Source: Planctomycetota bacterium
GTDB taxonomy: Bacteria; Planctomycetota; JAJSAM01; JAJVHW01
Length of the DNA stretch: 64,000 nt
Assembly: GCA_965248445.1 (NCBI GenBank)
Contig: CBDFJG010000004.1
Location: 256,001-320,000, forward strand
Direction of reading: 5' to 3'
The notes beneath the pieces were generated by a model. That model made no database searches, was not told where the DNA came from, and saw nothing but the letters and a program-made list of their open reading frames with translations. How positions within the stretch are numbered: position 1 is the stretch's first letter; each line of letters opens with the position of its first letter. Below are positions 9,602-19,494 of the stretch, piece after piece. Both the position numbers and the translations under genes were made by a program.

Positions 9602-10786
9602 TCAATCTCGCATGTGCGGGACCATGATGAGCGGCCTCGAGACCGCATCCGGCGGGATCTCGATATCCGCGCCAAGCGTCGCCTCGACCTCGTGCAAGAT
9701 CGCCGACGTCATGCGCGCCCCTGCCATCAACTCATCGAACTTCACGTAGCCCATCAGATCGATGATCCGACCCCGCCTCTCGTACGTATCGGGAGGGAGC
9801 CTCTTGAGGTGCTTGGAGACGATGCCGAGGATCGTCTCGTGGTGCTCCGCCGGACTTCCCGCGAGTATGTGGCCCGCATAACCCTCCTCGGCGTCGATTC
9901 GCTCGCCGTACATGACGATTTTGGGCTCCTCGAGCCAGACGCCCGCGGCGCCGATCACGTCCAGACCCCGGCGATCCCGAGCGTGCTCAGAGTGCAACAG
10001 GAGCCGCTGCTTCTCGTCGAGCAGCGCCTCGACGTCGTACATGTACTTCCGGCGGCGCTCGCCCACCCTCACGTAGACGTCGAGCACGTACCACTCGTTG
10101 CCTGCCTCCTCGCGCTCGGCCTTCGTCTCGAGCAACGAGTACGTCTCCGCCAGCTCGGCGAGTCCTGCAAGCTGATCGTCGGTCAAGCCGCGCCCCCGCT
10201 TGTCGAGCGTCGCTGCGACCACGTTGGCGAGCATCGCGGGGTGCATCAACGTGCGGTGCGGACGCTCGTAACCGAAGCGCTGCTTGACCAGTTCCTCCTG
10301 CTCGAAGAGCAGACTGAAGTAGTCGGTCTCATCGCCGTCGAAGAAGTCGTCGCCGCGGGAGAACGCGTTGGCCTGGTCGTTCAGCACCGGGATCATCTTG
10401 GCGTAGACCCCGCCGATCAGGTCCCAGTCGACATCGCCGAGCGTGCGCTCGTAGCCGGAGACGAGCACCCACGGACCGCCGTTCTTCGGCGGCGCCGCCA
10501 CCGGACCCTCACGCAGCCCGGGTGGAGGCAAGGCGCTGTCGCCACCTCCACCGGTCGCGTAGGCCGGATCTACATCGCCACCGGCTTCGTTGCCCTGGCC
10601 CGCGTCGCCGGCTCCGTCCGCCGGGTCGCCGGCCTGCGTGGTGCCACCGCCGTCGTCGGGCACGCCCGACAAGACAGCCCAGCCACCGCCCACGAGGAGC
10701 GCCAGCACGGCGAGGATCACCACAACCACGAACGCAGTGCGCCCGTCTTCCCTTCGCCGTTCGACCATCGTCATGACCTCCATCAT
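9602..10786 (-). CDS. Hypothetical membrane-anchored protein
   Basis: N-terminal TM (AFVVVVILAVLALLVGGGWAVL), Gly/Asp-rich linker; ATGA overlap with the rlmN stop. Confidence 0.65.
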   Translation of the reverse strand: MMEVMTMVERRREDGRTAFVVVVILAVLALLVGGGWAVLSGVPDDGGGTTQAGDPADGAGDAGQGNEAGGDVDPAYATGGGGDSALPPPGLREGPVAAPPKNGGPWVLVSGYERTLGDVDWDLIGGVYAKMIPVLNDQANAFSRGDDFFDGDETDYFSLLFEQEELVKQRFGYERPHRTLMHPAMLANVVAATLDKRGRGLTDDQLAGLAELAETYSLLETKAEREEAGNEWYVLDVYVRVGERRRKYMYDVEALLDEKQRLLLHSEHARDRRGLDVIGAAGVWLEEPKIVMYGERIDAEEGYAGHILAGSPAEHHETILGIVSKHLKRLPPDTYERRGRIIDLMGYVKFDELMAGARMTSAILHEVEATLGADIEIPPDAVSRPLIMVPHMRD

Positions 10787-11889
10787 CCCGTGAATACGCC
10801 CGGCGGGGCGATCATGTGCCCAGCTTTCGCCGCGAAAGCCACCGTCTCGGCCGAAAGCTGGCCGCAACCCATCCCCTGCTGCTTCCCGGCGCTATAGCGG
10901 ATCTTCACGGGGCAGCGCAGGCGGCGCAGTCTCGAGGTGAAGTCCTTCACCTCGCCCCACGAGGGGGGCCGGAAGCCGGCTCCGGTGTCGTTCCAAGGGA
11001 TCACGTTGAGGATGTAGCGCAGCCCCTGCAGCTCGCGGCCGAGCGCATCGACGTGCTCATCGTCCATGTTGACGCCGGGCAGCGCGACGTATTGCAGGGT
11101 CACCCACGGGACGGCGCACGACCGCTGATACGTCCGCATCGCGTCGATCAGGTCGCCGAGCGGATGAACCCTGGCCACGGGCATGATCCGTTCCCGCACG
11201 CTCTGGATCGCCGAGTGGAGGGAGAGGTGGAGCCGCCACGGCCGGCGCTCAGCGGCGAACTGCCGGATCCGGTCGGGCAGGCCAACCGTCGAGACCGTGA
11301 TGCGCTTGCGCGCGATCGCCTGAGCGTCCTGGGCGTTCAGGTTCTCGCACGCGTCCATCACCGCGTCGTAGTTGTGCAGCGGCTCGCCCATACCCATGAA
11401 GACCACGTCGGTCACGCGCTCCCCGGTCACGCGCTCGATCCGGGTGCGTCCCTCGATGATCTCCCCCGCCGTCATGTTGCGCAGCAACCCCATCTCGCCC
11501 GTCGCGCAGAACGTGCAGCCCATCGCGCAACCGGCCTGCGAGGAGACGCAGAGAGTCCGGTTCTCGCGATTTCGGATGAGAACGAACTCGACGATTTCGC
11601 CGCCGCCGCCATCCGGGCCGCGCAATCGGTATGCGAACTTGCGCGTCCCGTCGCCCGCGAGGCGCTCGCCCGCGGGCTCGAGAAGGGGACCGAAGCGGAA
11701 CGCGCGGCGCAGCACGGAAGTGCTCTTGCGTCCCACCGGCAGTTCGTCCCACGTCAGCGCGCCCTCGCCGTGGATGGCAAAGCGCAGCCGCTGCGCGAGC
11801 GCCGGCGCGTCCGCACCGGCGTCGGCCAGCAACCCGCCCAGTCGAGAGGCGGGAATGTCGCGCAGGTGCAGCATCGGATCACCGGACAT
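10783..11889 (-). CDS. rlmN: Radical SAM rRNA/tRNA C2-methyltransferase, RlmN family
   Basis: TLCVSSQAGCAMGCTFCATG, FMGMGEPLHN, SLHS, C-terminal CGQL. Confidence 0.85.
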   Translation of the reverse strand: MSGDPMLHLRDIPASRLGGLLADAGADAPALAQRLRFAIHGEGALTWDELPVGRKSTSVLRRAFRFGPLLEPAGERLAGDGTRKFAYRLRGPDGGGGEIVEFVLIRNRENRTLCVSSQAGCAMGCTFCATGEMGLLRNMTAGEIIEGRTRIERVTGERVTDVVFMGMGEPLHNYDAVMDACENLNAQDAQAIARKRITVSTVGLPDRIRQFAAERRPWRLHLSLHSAIQSVRERIMPVARVHPLGDLIDAMRTYQRSCAVPWVTLQYVALPGVNMDDEHVDALGRELQGLRYILNVIPWNDTGAGFRPPSWGEVKDFTSRLRRLRCPVKIRYSAGKQQGMGCGQLSAETVAFAAKAGHMIAPPGVFTG

Positions 11890-11899
11890 GCGTCCGACT

Positions 11900-13079
11900 C
11901 TATCCGCCGTCCGCGGAGACGCCGATCGCCGCGACGGGTGGCGTGTCGTCGGTGAGATCGTCGAGGTATCCCTCCGGCAGCGAGACGTCCTGGGTCCCGC
12001 CGGATTTCCCGCGCGGAACGCGGACAGCTGACGGCGGGAACGGCGTCTCGTCGTCGATGGCGAGCAGCGTCTCGCGAACGTCGTCGACGGTCAGAACCCG
12101 CTTGCAGGCGGGCACGGATCGCGCCGCTGCCCGGATAGCCCTTCGTGTACCACGTGAGCTGACGGCGCATCATCCGGATGCCACGCTGCTCTCCGCACCA
12201 CCCAGCCAGCCGCTCGGCGTGTTCGAGTGCGATCGCGCGCACCTCGCGCCACAGCGGCGGATCCCGCGGCCCGCGCCCGTCGAACACGTCGGCCAGGTCG
12301 CGGAAGAGCCAAGGGCGTCCCAGGCATCCGCGCCCGACGATGACGCCGGCACACCCGGTCGTGCGCATCATGCGCAGCGCGTCCTCGGCCTCCCAGATGT
12401 CGCCGTTGCCCAGCACCGGGATCTGCACATGTTCGACTAGCCGTGCGATCGCTTCCCAACGCGCTTGTCCGGCGTAGAACTGTGCGGCCGTTCGCGCGTG
12501 CAGCCCGACGGCGACGCAACCTTCCTCCTCACCGATGCGGCCGGCATCCATGTACGACAGCAGCTCGTCGTGAACGCCCATGCGGAATTTGATCGTGACC
12601 GGCACGTCACCGGCGTTCGTGACGACCGCACGCACGAGCCGCCGCAGCAGGTTCGGCTTGACCGGGATCGCGGCCCCGCCGCCCTTCGATGTCACCTTGC
12701 GCACGGGACAGCCGAAGTTCATGTCGATGTGATCGACGTGGCCGTCGCCAACCAGCCGGCGGGCGGCCTCACCAAGAGAGACCGGCTCCACGCCGTAGAG
12801 CTGCAGTGAGCGCGGTGACTCCTCCGGGCCGAAGTCCGCGAGGTGCCACGTCTTGGCGTGTCCCTCGACAAGGGCCCGGGCCGTGATCATCTCGCTGACG
12901 TAGAGACCCGCGCCGAAGCCCCGGCAGATCGCACGGAACGGGTAATTGGTGACTCCCGCCATGGGCGCGAGCACGACCGGCGGCCACACCCTGAGCGAGC
13001 CCAGGGCCAACGGCGCGAACTCGTCCGAACCGGCAGGCGGCACGTCCTTGTTCAGTTCGGAGCGGTAGACGTCCTGCAT
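11900..13079 (-). CDS. dusB: tRNA dihydrouridine synthase DusB, frameshift near 12102
   Basis: LAPMAGVT, SEM, NFGCP, VGLHART, GNGD, GRGCLGRPW; the C-terminus continues in another frame (RVLTVDDVRETLL...RGKSGG...LPEGYLDD, ORF 11900-12115). Confidence 0.85.
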
Positions 13080-13089
13080 GGCCGCTCCT

Positions 13090-14982
13090 TCACTCGCTCT
13101 TCACGAGCGTTGCCTGACCGTCCGCGAGGCGCAGCCGCCCCCACTCGCGCCATGGGATCGCCCGGCGCTCTGCGAGGACACCCGCCTTCCAAGCCTCCTC
13201 GACGGTGAACTCTTTCACCAGCACAACGTACGTCGAGTCCATGGAATTGAAACCGGCGCGGGTTCCGAAGAACCCCGCAACGCGGGCGAGCCGTCTCTCC
13301 GTGCGCTGGAGGTCACCGACTCGCTGCACGACGCGGAAGTTCCAGTACACCCACATGCGACCGGACATGGCCGGGTGCGCGCGGCCATCCTCCTGCGTGA
13401 TCGGCAGGAACGTGCGCGTGCCGTCCGGCGCCTCGTGGGCGAGCGTCATGGACATCCGCCTCCCCACGAAGTGGTGCGACATGAAGACGCCGTGCGCGGT
13501 GATGCCGAAGAACGGCCGACCCACGCGGTGGCGCACTTCCACGACGGCGTGCCTCCACGTCGCGTACGGCCCTTCGATCCCGATGGCCGCCGCCGTGTGG
13601 GTGAACGCCAGGTTCGCCGTGGAACTCACAATCTGCAGCGCCAGCGTGACGCAGATCAGCGCGGTGAGCGGACGCAGATCGTCACGGCCGCTCGCGACAC
13701 TCGCGGGCGCGACCGCGCAGACTTCATCTCCACAGTCGCCGCGGGCGCGGGAGTGCGCCACCCGTCTGTACACGGCAGTCGCCGCGGCGGCGATTCCCGG
13801 CAGTCGGAGGAGAACACCGGCCGGAAGCGTGCACGGCATGCGCGAGAGGACTGCGGCGTACGCGGCGACCCCACTCTCCACCTTGCCGCCGGAGGTCACG
13901 GCATGCACGTCCACCAGAAGCGTCTCCCGCTTCACATCGCGCAGCGCCGGCAACCTCTCGTGAGCCGTGTCGACGGCTTGGAACGTGACGGCACCGGTCA
14001 CGTCGAGTGCACCGAGCACCGCCCGTGTCCCGCGGCAGAGAGGACAATCGCCGTCGAAGACGAACGACACGGCCGGCGAGGCCCGCCGGAATCGCGCTCG
14101 CAGCCACGCGTACACACCGGGAGGCACCATGACCGCGTAGAGCCCGATCACCGCGATCGCAAACCACGGAATCGGGAATGCCACGAGAATGCCGACGTGC
14201 AACCCGAGCCCGACGACGAACAGCGGCAGCCACATGCGCCGCCACCACATGAGCAGCACGAAGGCGAACTCGAACGCGAGCGTGAGATAACCGAGCCCCC
14301 GCGAGAGGATCTGGTTGTCGAGTAGGAACGACAGATCGACCCACGTGGCGTACAACACCGACGCCGGTAGCCACATGCCGAGGCCCTTCGTCCAGAGCGG
14401 AGCGGTGACCTTGTGCAGCGTGGAATCCGCGTACACGAAGGCGATCGCGACGAGCACGATCCCTACGCTCCAAGCGAACGAGACCGTCGCGCGGAGAGGC
14501 TCGGGCTCACGGGCGGCCGCGCTTCGCCGGAGCTCGCGCAGCCGGTCGATCGACAGCCGCCGGGAGACCGGCGCGAAGATCAGGAACACCGCGCCGAGGG
14601 TGAACACGTAGTCGACGTGGTACTCAAAGTCGCGGAACGTGCTCATCGTCGTGAGCGTGAAGGCGTAGTTGACGATCGCGGCGAGTCGTGTCCGGTAGCC
14701 GGCCACGATTGCCAGGACGACCACGCCCCAGACGAGTGTGGCCAGGCGCAGGTCGATGGCCGGTGACATCACTCCGACCAACTCGGAGCCGAGGAGCGGT
14801 GCGAGGTAGCGAAGCTGGAACACCTCGCCAAGAAGCGCCAGCCCGAACACGATCCGGAACACCGCCAGCGGGACAGCGGATACCTGTTGGGGACCGAATC
14901 TGCGCGTGATTCGCCGTGCGCACACCCACGACAGCCACAGGGTGGCACTGAGGAAGATCAGGAATGCGACGCGAACGGCCAA
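13090..14982 (-). CDS. HTTM-like membrane protein fused to a DCC1/DUF393 thiol-disulfide oxidoreductase domain
   Basis: PLAVFRIVFG, GYRTR, LSID, K...W..G, LHVGI membrane motifs; FDGDCPLC and G..AY DCC1 motifs. Confidence 0.75.
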   Translation of the reverse strand: MAVRVAFLIFLSATLWLSWVCARRITRRFGPQQVSAVPLAVFRIVFGLALLGEVFQLRYLAPLLGSELVGVMSPAIDLRLATLVWGVVVLAIVAGYRTRLAAIVNYAFTLTTMSTFRDFEYHVDYVFTLGAVFLIFAPVSRRLSIDRLRELRRSAAAREPEPLRATVSFAWSVGIVLVAIAFVYADSTLHKVTAPLWTKGLGMWLPASVLYATWVDLSFLLDNQILSRGLGYLTLAFEFAFVLLMWWRRMWLPLFVVGLGLHVGILVAFPIPWFAIAVIGLYAVMVPPGVYAWLRARFRRASPAVSFVFDGDCPLCRGTRAVLGALDVTGAVTFQAVDTAHERLPALRDVKRETLLVDVHAVTSGGKVESGVAAYAAVLSRMPCTLPAGVLLRLPGIAAAATAVYRRVAHSRARGDCGDEVCAVAPASVASGRDDLRPLTALICVTLALQIVSSTANLAFTHTAAAIGIEGPYATWRHAVVEVRHRVGRPFFGITAHGVFMSHHFVGRRMSMTLAHEAPDGTRTFLPITQEDGRAHPAMSGRMWVYWNFRVVQRVGDLQRTERRLARVAGFFGTRAGFNSMDSTYVVLVKEFTVEEAWKAGVLAERRAIPWREWGRLRLADGQATLVKSE

Positions 14983-15121
14983 TTTGCTCTGTAGCTCCCG
15001 GGTGCTCTGCGGCTCCCGGCCGAGGAGAATAGGTCCATGCGGACCGCGGGGTAGCGGACTAAGTCCGCACCTCTCTGCACACTCTCAACTCCTCCGAGCC
15101 GGCCGGTATCCTCGGACTGCG

Positions 15122-15412
15122 ATGCCCACGATCCACGGACTGCCTGCTGGCCACCTGCTGGAAGCGGCACCCGAAGAGACGCTGCTCGACGCCGCCCGAC
15201 GCGCCGACGTGCCGCTCGCGTCCTCGTGCGCCGGCCGGGGCATCTGCGGAGACTGCGTGCTCCGTGTCGTTGATGGAGTGGCTGCGCTCACACCGGCGGA
15301 CGTCGCCGAGGAAGCGTGGCGCAAGCGCACGGGCCGCGGTGGTCCGCACGAGCGCCTGGCCTGTCGCGTCCGCGCCGTCGCAGACGCCATCGTGAGCACG
15401 ACCTACTGGTAG
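15122..15412 (+). CDS. 2Fe-2S ferredoxin
   Basis: TLLDAA, SCAGRGICGDC, RLAC. Confidence 0.85.
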   Translation: MPTIHGLPAGHLLEAAPEETLLDAARRADVPLASSCAGRGICGDCVLRVVDGVAALTPADVAEEAWRKRTGRGGPHERLACRVRAVADAIVSTTYW

Positions 15413-15423
15413 TGTTCCTCGCG

Positions 15424-16470
15424 ATGGGCGGAATGCACTCGATCACGACCATTGATCCGGCGACGCGTCGCGTGCGACTCCAGGCGGGAGCCGTATCGCT
15501 GGTCGCCGGTCTGCTGATCCTCTGCGCGAAGTTCATCGGGTGGGTGATCACGGACTCGCAAGTCGTGTTCTCCGACGCGATGGAGTCGATCGTGAACGTC
15601 ACGGCGGCCGGCGCGATGCTCTTCGCGATCGTCGTCGGGAGTCGTCCCGCAGACGAGGACCATCCCTACGGTCACGGGAAGATCGAGTTCCTCTCGGCCG
15701 GGTTCGAGGGCGGGCTGCTGGCGTTCGCGGCGGTGGCGATCGTGACGGAGGCCATCGCCGCGCTGATCGACAAGGCCGTGCCCCACGAGCTGAACGTCGG
15801 GATGCTCATCGTGGGCCTGGCGGGCGTCGCCAATCTCGGACTGGGGATCTACCTGATCAGAGCGGGCCGTCGATGCGGTTCGCACGCGCTCGTCGCAGAC
15901 GGCAAGCACGTGATGTCGGACTTCTGGACCAGTGCCGGAGCCGTCGTCGGTCTGCTCCTGGTCAAGTTGACCGGCCTGGCCTGGCTGGATCCCATCCTCG
16001 CGATGCTCGTCGCGCTGCTGCTCGCCAAGACCGCGTACGGAATGGTGCGATCGGCAGCGCGCGGCCTGATGGACGAGGTCGATCCCGAGGCGCTCGCCGA
16101 CGTCGCGGAGGGACTCGAGGAGGCGCGTGCGCCGGGGATCATCGACATTCACGACCTGCGCGCAATCGACCTCGGCAGCGCCTTGCACGTGGACCTTCAC
16201 GTCGTGGTGCCGGAGTTCTGGACCGTCGAGGAGGCCCACGAGGCGACCGACGCATACCAGGTGCGGCTGCTGCGGACGCGCCGGCGGCCCGCCGAACTCG
16301 CGTTCCACATCGACCCCTGCGAGCGGGCTTACTGCACGGCGTGCGACGTGCCGGACTGCGCCGTCCGAGAAGCGGTGTTCGAGAGGCTCCTGCCGTTCAC
16401 CGCGCAGAAGGTGGTCGAGGGGCCGCACGCCGGCGGCCACGACGTGCACTCCGATCCCGTCGGGCGCTGA
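15424..16470 (+). CDS. Cation diffusion facilitator (FieF-like) transporter
   Basis: SDAMES, PADEDHPYGHGKIE, ADGKHVMSD, LDP, HVDLH; Cys-rich tail PCERAYCTACDVPDC. Confidence 0.9.
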   Translation: MGGMHSITTIDPATRRVRLQAGAVSLVAGLLILCAKFIGWVITDSQVVFSDAMESIVNVTAAGAMLFAIVVGSRPADEDHPYGHGKIEFLSAGFEGGLLAFAAVAIVTEAIAALIDKAVPHELNVGMLIVGLAGVANLGLGIYLIRAGRRCGSHALVADGKHVMSDFWTSAGAVVGLLLVKLTGLAWLDPILAMLVALLLAKTAYGMVRSAARGLMDEVDPEALADVAEGLEEARAPGIIDIHDLRAIDLGSALHVDLHVVVPEFWTVEEAHEATDAYQVRLLRTRRRPAELAFHIDPCERAYCTACDVPDCAVREAVFERLLPFTAQKVVEGPHAGGHDVHSDPVGR

Positions 16471-18678
16471 TCAGTCGTTCGGGAGCTTTGCGGGCTTCGC
16501 GAGCTTGGCGCGCAGCTTTCGTCGCGTGGCGACGAAGTCCGTGACGGCGTCGGCCATGGACGCAACATCGTCGGCGAGGACGAACACGCTGATTGGGAAC
16601 TGCACGCCGGCGTCCTTGGGCACGGAGCTGACGAAGAACCCCTCGTCCGCGAGTGCGTTCACGGTCTCGAAGTCCGTCGCCGGCTTGATCGTCACGCGCA
16701 CCCGCAACGCGTCGTCCTTCCTCTGCAACTTCACCTTCGCATCGGCGGTACTCGCCTTTTTGCTCCCGGACGTCTGGAACTTCCGGAGGACGCCCCCGAT
16801 CCAGACCGTGATCTGATCAGGGAAGGTCGTCTCACTCGTGTACGGGAGCGTGCCGTCGAGTGTGACCTTGTCGACGAACCCCGTTCGCGTCACGCGCAGC
16901 GAGACCTGCAACTTGCGCAGAGTGAGAGTCTCCAGTTCGACCGGCGCGGCGCCGACGGGCGTCTGCCCGGGGTCGTCCACGAACGCCTCATCCACTTCCG
17001 CCTCGAGTCCGTTGGGGAACTGGTCGGCGTCACGGTCAGCCGACGAGAGACCCACGATGTCGATGGAGATCGTCGCGCCGAACGTGCCGAGGTCTTCCAC
17101 CGTCAGCAGCGCGGACTCGGAGAACTCGGCGGGGCCGGTCGGCGTTCCCGTGATCGTCAGCGCGATCGGGTCGAACACGAGCCCGCCAGGAAGTCCGGCG
17201 GTGTCGAAGTCGGCGGCAGTGAGCATCCCCCCACGCAGCGCGATCCGCGCGCGGAACGGCCGTCCTTCCACTCCCCTGAACGTGGAGCTCAGGAACGACA
17301 GGTCACCGGGAGGGGAGACGCCGGAAGCGCTCTCGAATGCGCCACGGTCGACGCCCGGGCCGATGACGCGGCCCCGGCCCATGGCATCGGTCTCCTCGGG
17401 GTCGGCCACGTACGCGGGATCGCCCGAGTCGATCAGCGGTGAACCGGGGAACGGGGTCGTGTCGATGCCGCCTCCGCTGTTCGTCGCGATGATCGGATCC
17501 GCGACGACGGAACTGCCTCCGTCGCCATTCGCGGCGGAGAACGCCGCCAGGCCCTGGTAGTCCTTGCGGTTCCACTCGAACCGGAGCGCGCCCGGGTGCC
17601 CGTTGCTCCACCAGACATTGCGCGCGAACGTGATCGCGTTCGTGTCGGCGGCCTTGAACGGGTTGGTGACGCCGAGGCTCTGCGCGGTCGTCACGACGAG
17701 ATTGTCGGTGAACCACACTCCGGTCGCCTTCTGCACGAGGATCTCACCGGTACCCGAGTCCGTCGTGCCGCCCTTCGCCTCGCTCGCCACCTCGATTCCG
17801 ATGTCGCAGAGACTGACGACATTCGCCTCGATCAGGATGTCCTCGCCTCCGTCGACGTAGATGCCGCCCGCACTGAGATCGCCCCGGTAGAACGGGTTGC
17901 CGTCCGTGGAGCAGTCGAACACGTCGTTCTCGCGGATGACGCCGTTGCGCGCGCGGTCGTCGGAAGGCGCGGTGCCCTCGAGTCCGATCGCGTCGATCCC
18001 GATGTTGTCGCACGCGCTCAGGAAGTTGCCGCGGATCAGGAAGCCATCGACGTTCCCGTTGACCACCAGCGCCTCGCTCGCGCCGAGAGTGAGGTTTGTC
18101 AGAGAGCACCCTTCGACGGTGACGTTGGTCAGCGGAGCGGCGCTTCGGCCGTACACAGCGATGCCGTGGGCGTTCCGCTCTCCGCTCCCGTTGTTCGCGA
18201 TTCCCGCGACCGAGCAGTCGACGATCTCGATGTCCGAGGCCGTGCCGGCCACGTTCTCGACGAGAATGCCGCCCACGAGGTCGTCACCGCGGTCGGTCGA
18301 GAGTCCGCTGATGCTGAAACCCTCGACGCGCACGTGGTGGATGTCGCTGAGACGCACCATCCACGTCTCCTCACCCGCGACTGCCAGCCCGGGTCCCCGG
18401 ATCTCGGCACCACCCGCGACCTCTGAGCGGAAGGTGATCCAGCCCAGGGTCTCGTCGCCGGAGACACTGACGCTGACCGTCTCGACGTAAACGCCGGACC
18501 GGACCATGACGACGTCGCCGGGCGCCGCGCTGTCGGCCGCGTGCTGGATCGTCAGCCAGGGCTCCGCGTCCGTGCCGGGGTTCGCGTCATCGCCTCCGGG
18601 CGCAACGAACCGGTCCGCCCCGAGGGCGGGTGAAGCGATGAACACGAGTAACGCGGCGGCGGCCCGGTGCATCGGCAC
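16471..18678 (-). CDS. Secreted right-handed beta-helix protein (DUF1565-type N-terminus) with Ig-like domain
   Basis: Signal peptide, FVAPGGDDANPGT..PW.TIQHA, parallel beta-helix repeats (GIAVYG, GIYVDGG), DRGAFE, LPGGL.F...ITGTP. Confidence 0.75.
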   Translation of the reverse strand: MPMHRAAAALLVFIASPALGADRFVAPGGDDANPGTDAEPWLTIQHAADSAAPGDVVMVRSGVYVETVSVSVSGDETLGWITFRSEVAGGAEIRGPGLAVAGEETWMVRLSDIHHVRVEGFSISGLSTDRGDDLVGGILVENVAGTASDIEIVDCSVAGIANNGSGERNAHGIAVYGRSAAPLTNVTVEGCSLTNLTLGASEALVVNGNVDGFLIRGNFLSACDNIGIDAIGLEGTAPSDDRARNGVIRENDVFDCSTDGNPFYRGDLSAGGIYVDGGEDILIEANVVSLCDIGIEVASEAKGGTTDSGTGEILVQKATGVWFTDNLVVTTAQSLGVTNPFKAADTNAITFARNVWWSNGHPGALRFEWNRKDYQGLAAFSAANGDGGSSVVADPIIATNSGGGIDTTPFPGSPLIDSGDPAYVADPEETDAMGRGRVIGPGVDRGAFESASGVSPPGDLSFLSSTFRGVEGRPFRARIALRGGMLTAADFDTAGLPGGLVFDPIALTITGTPTGPAEFSESALLTVEDLGTFGATISIDIVGLSSADRDADQFPNGLEAEVDEAFVDDPGQTPVGAAPVELETLTLRKLQVSLRVTRTGFVDKVTLDGTLPYTSETTFPDQITVWIGGVLRKFQTSGSKKASTADAKVKLQRKDDALRVRVTIKPATDFETVNALADEGFFVSSVPKDAGVQFPISVFVLADDVASMADAVTDFVATRRKLRAKLAKPAKLPND

Positions 18679-18695
18679 AGGCTACACCGAGAGGG

Positions 18696-19100
18696 TCACT
18701 CGACCGCGGCGAGCCACTCGCTCACCCGCTCTCGCAATCGTCCCTCACGAAACGTGTTCCACTTCGAGGCGGCGTCGGGTCCGACCTGCGGGAGCGCCTT
18801 CACGAAGCGCTTCGTCGCACCCTGCTTGCTGTCGAGAAGGCGGGAGATCCGGTCGTCGTCGGACTCGTCGACAAACTCCTGCATCCACACGAAGTCCTGA
18901 GTCGTCGTGATCGGAGGCACCCCTGCGAAGCGGTTCTCGTCGTCCTCCACCTCTTGCGCGGTCACGTCCCGGACGTTGCAGCGCCCGTCCTCGACGCGCA
19001 CGACCCGCCGCTCGTGGCGGTCGAGGAAGTAGGACACCAGAGGATCGCCGGCCACGAAGGCGGCGCGCAGCGCGGTCAGAAGATCGGCGGCACCGGACAC
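18696..19100 (-). CDS. UPF0158 family protein
   Basis: YFLDR, F..VP, MQEFV, G....F...L, W..FR......W pattern. Confidence 0.65.
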   Translation of the reverse strand: MSGAADLLTALRAAFVAGDPLVSYFLDRHERRVVRVEDGRCNVRDVTAQEVEDDENRFAGVPPITTTQDFVWMQEFVDESDDDRISRLLDSKQGATKRFVKALPQVGPDAASKWNTFREGRLRERVSEWLAAVE

Positions 19101-19109
19101 AAGAGCCCG

Positions 19110-19481
19110 CTACGTGGAGTCGCGCCCCCGTCGCGGCGCCCGGTCGCGCGTGCGAAGGCGAGCGCGGTCGCGATCGTTCTCCCAGCGCGCGACGACGAAG
19201 TGCACCTCGTCGCGTTCGCCGCCGTCATCGGTCTCGACGCGCATCGGGACGATGTCCTGGAGGTCCCACTCCGGGCCAAGCGCGAGCCACTGGTTGGCCT
19301 CGGTGTCGGTGCGGCAATAGTGCACCTCAGCGATCCGTTCGAGCTTGGCCTGGCCGGGACGGCGGTTGCGCCGCCGGCCCTTCTTCGTGCCACGCGTCCC
19401 CTCGTCCGAAGGCCGCTCCGGCAGACCCTCGGGGGCCCTGCCTTCGGCTGCATCTGTCTCGGGATCGGTGCGCTCGTCCAT
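19110..19481 (-). CDS. Small hypothetical protein
   Basis: MDERTDPETD...; fills the gap between co-oriented genes; globular-looking core ERIAEVHYCRTDTEANQWLALG. Confidence 0.55.
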   Translation of the reverse strand: MDERTDPETDAAEGRAPEGLPERPSDEGTRGTKKGRRRNRRPGQAKLERIAEVHYCRTDTEANQWLALGPEWDLQDIVPMRVETDDGGERDEVHFVVARWENDRDRARLRTRDRAPRRGRDST

Positions 19482-19494
19482 GGGACCGCGGAGT

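Noticed and set aside
11754..12115. Programmed frameshift or dusB-rlmN overlap
   Set aside because: No slippery heptamer is evident; a single-base indel restores a normal DusB ending 10 bp before rlmN
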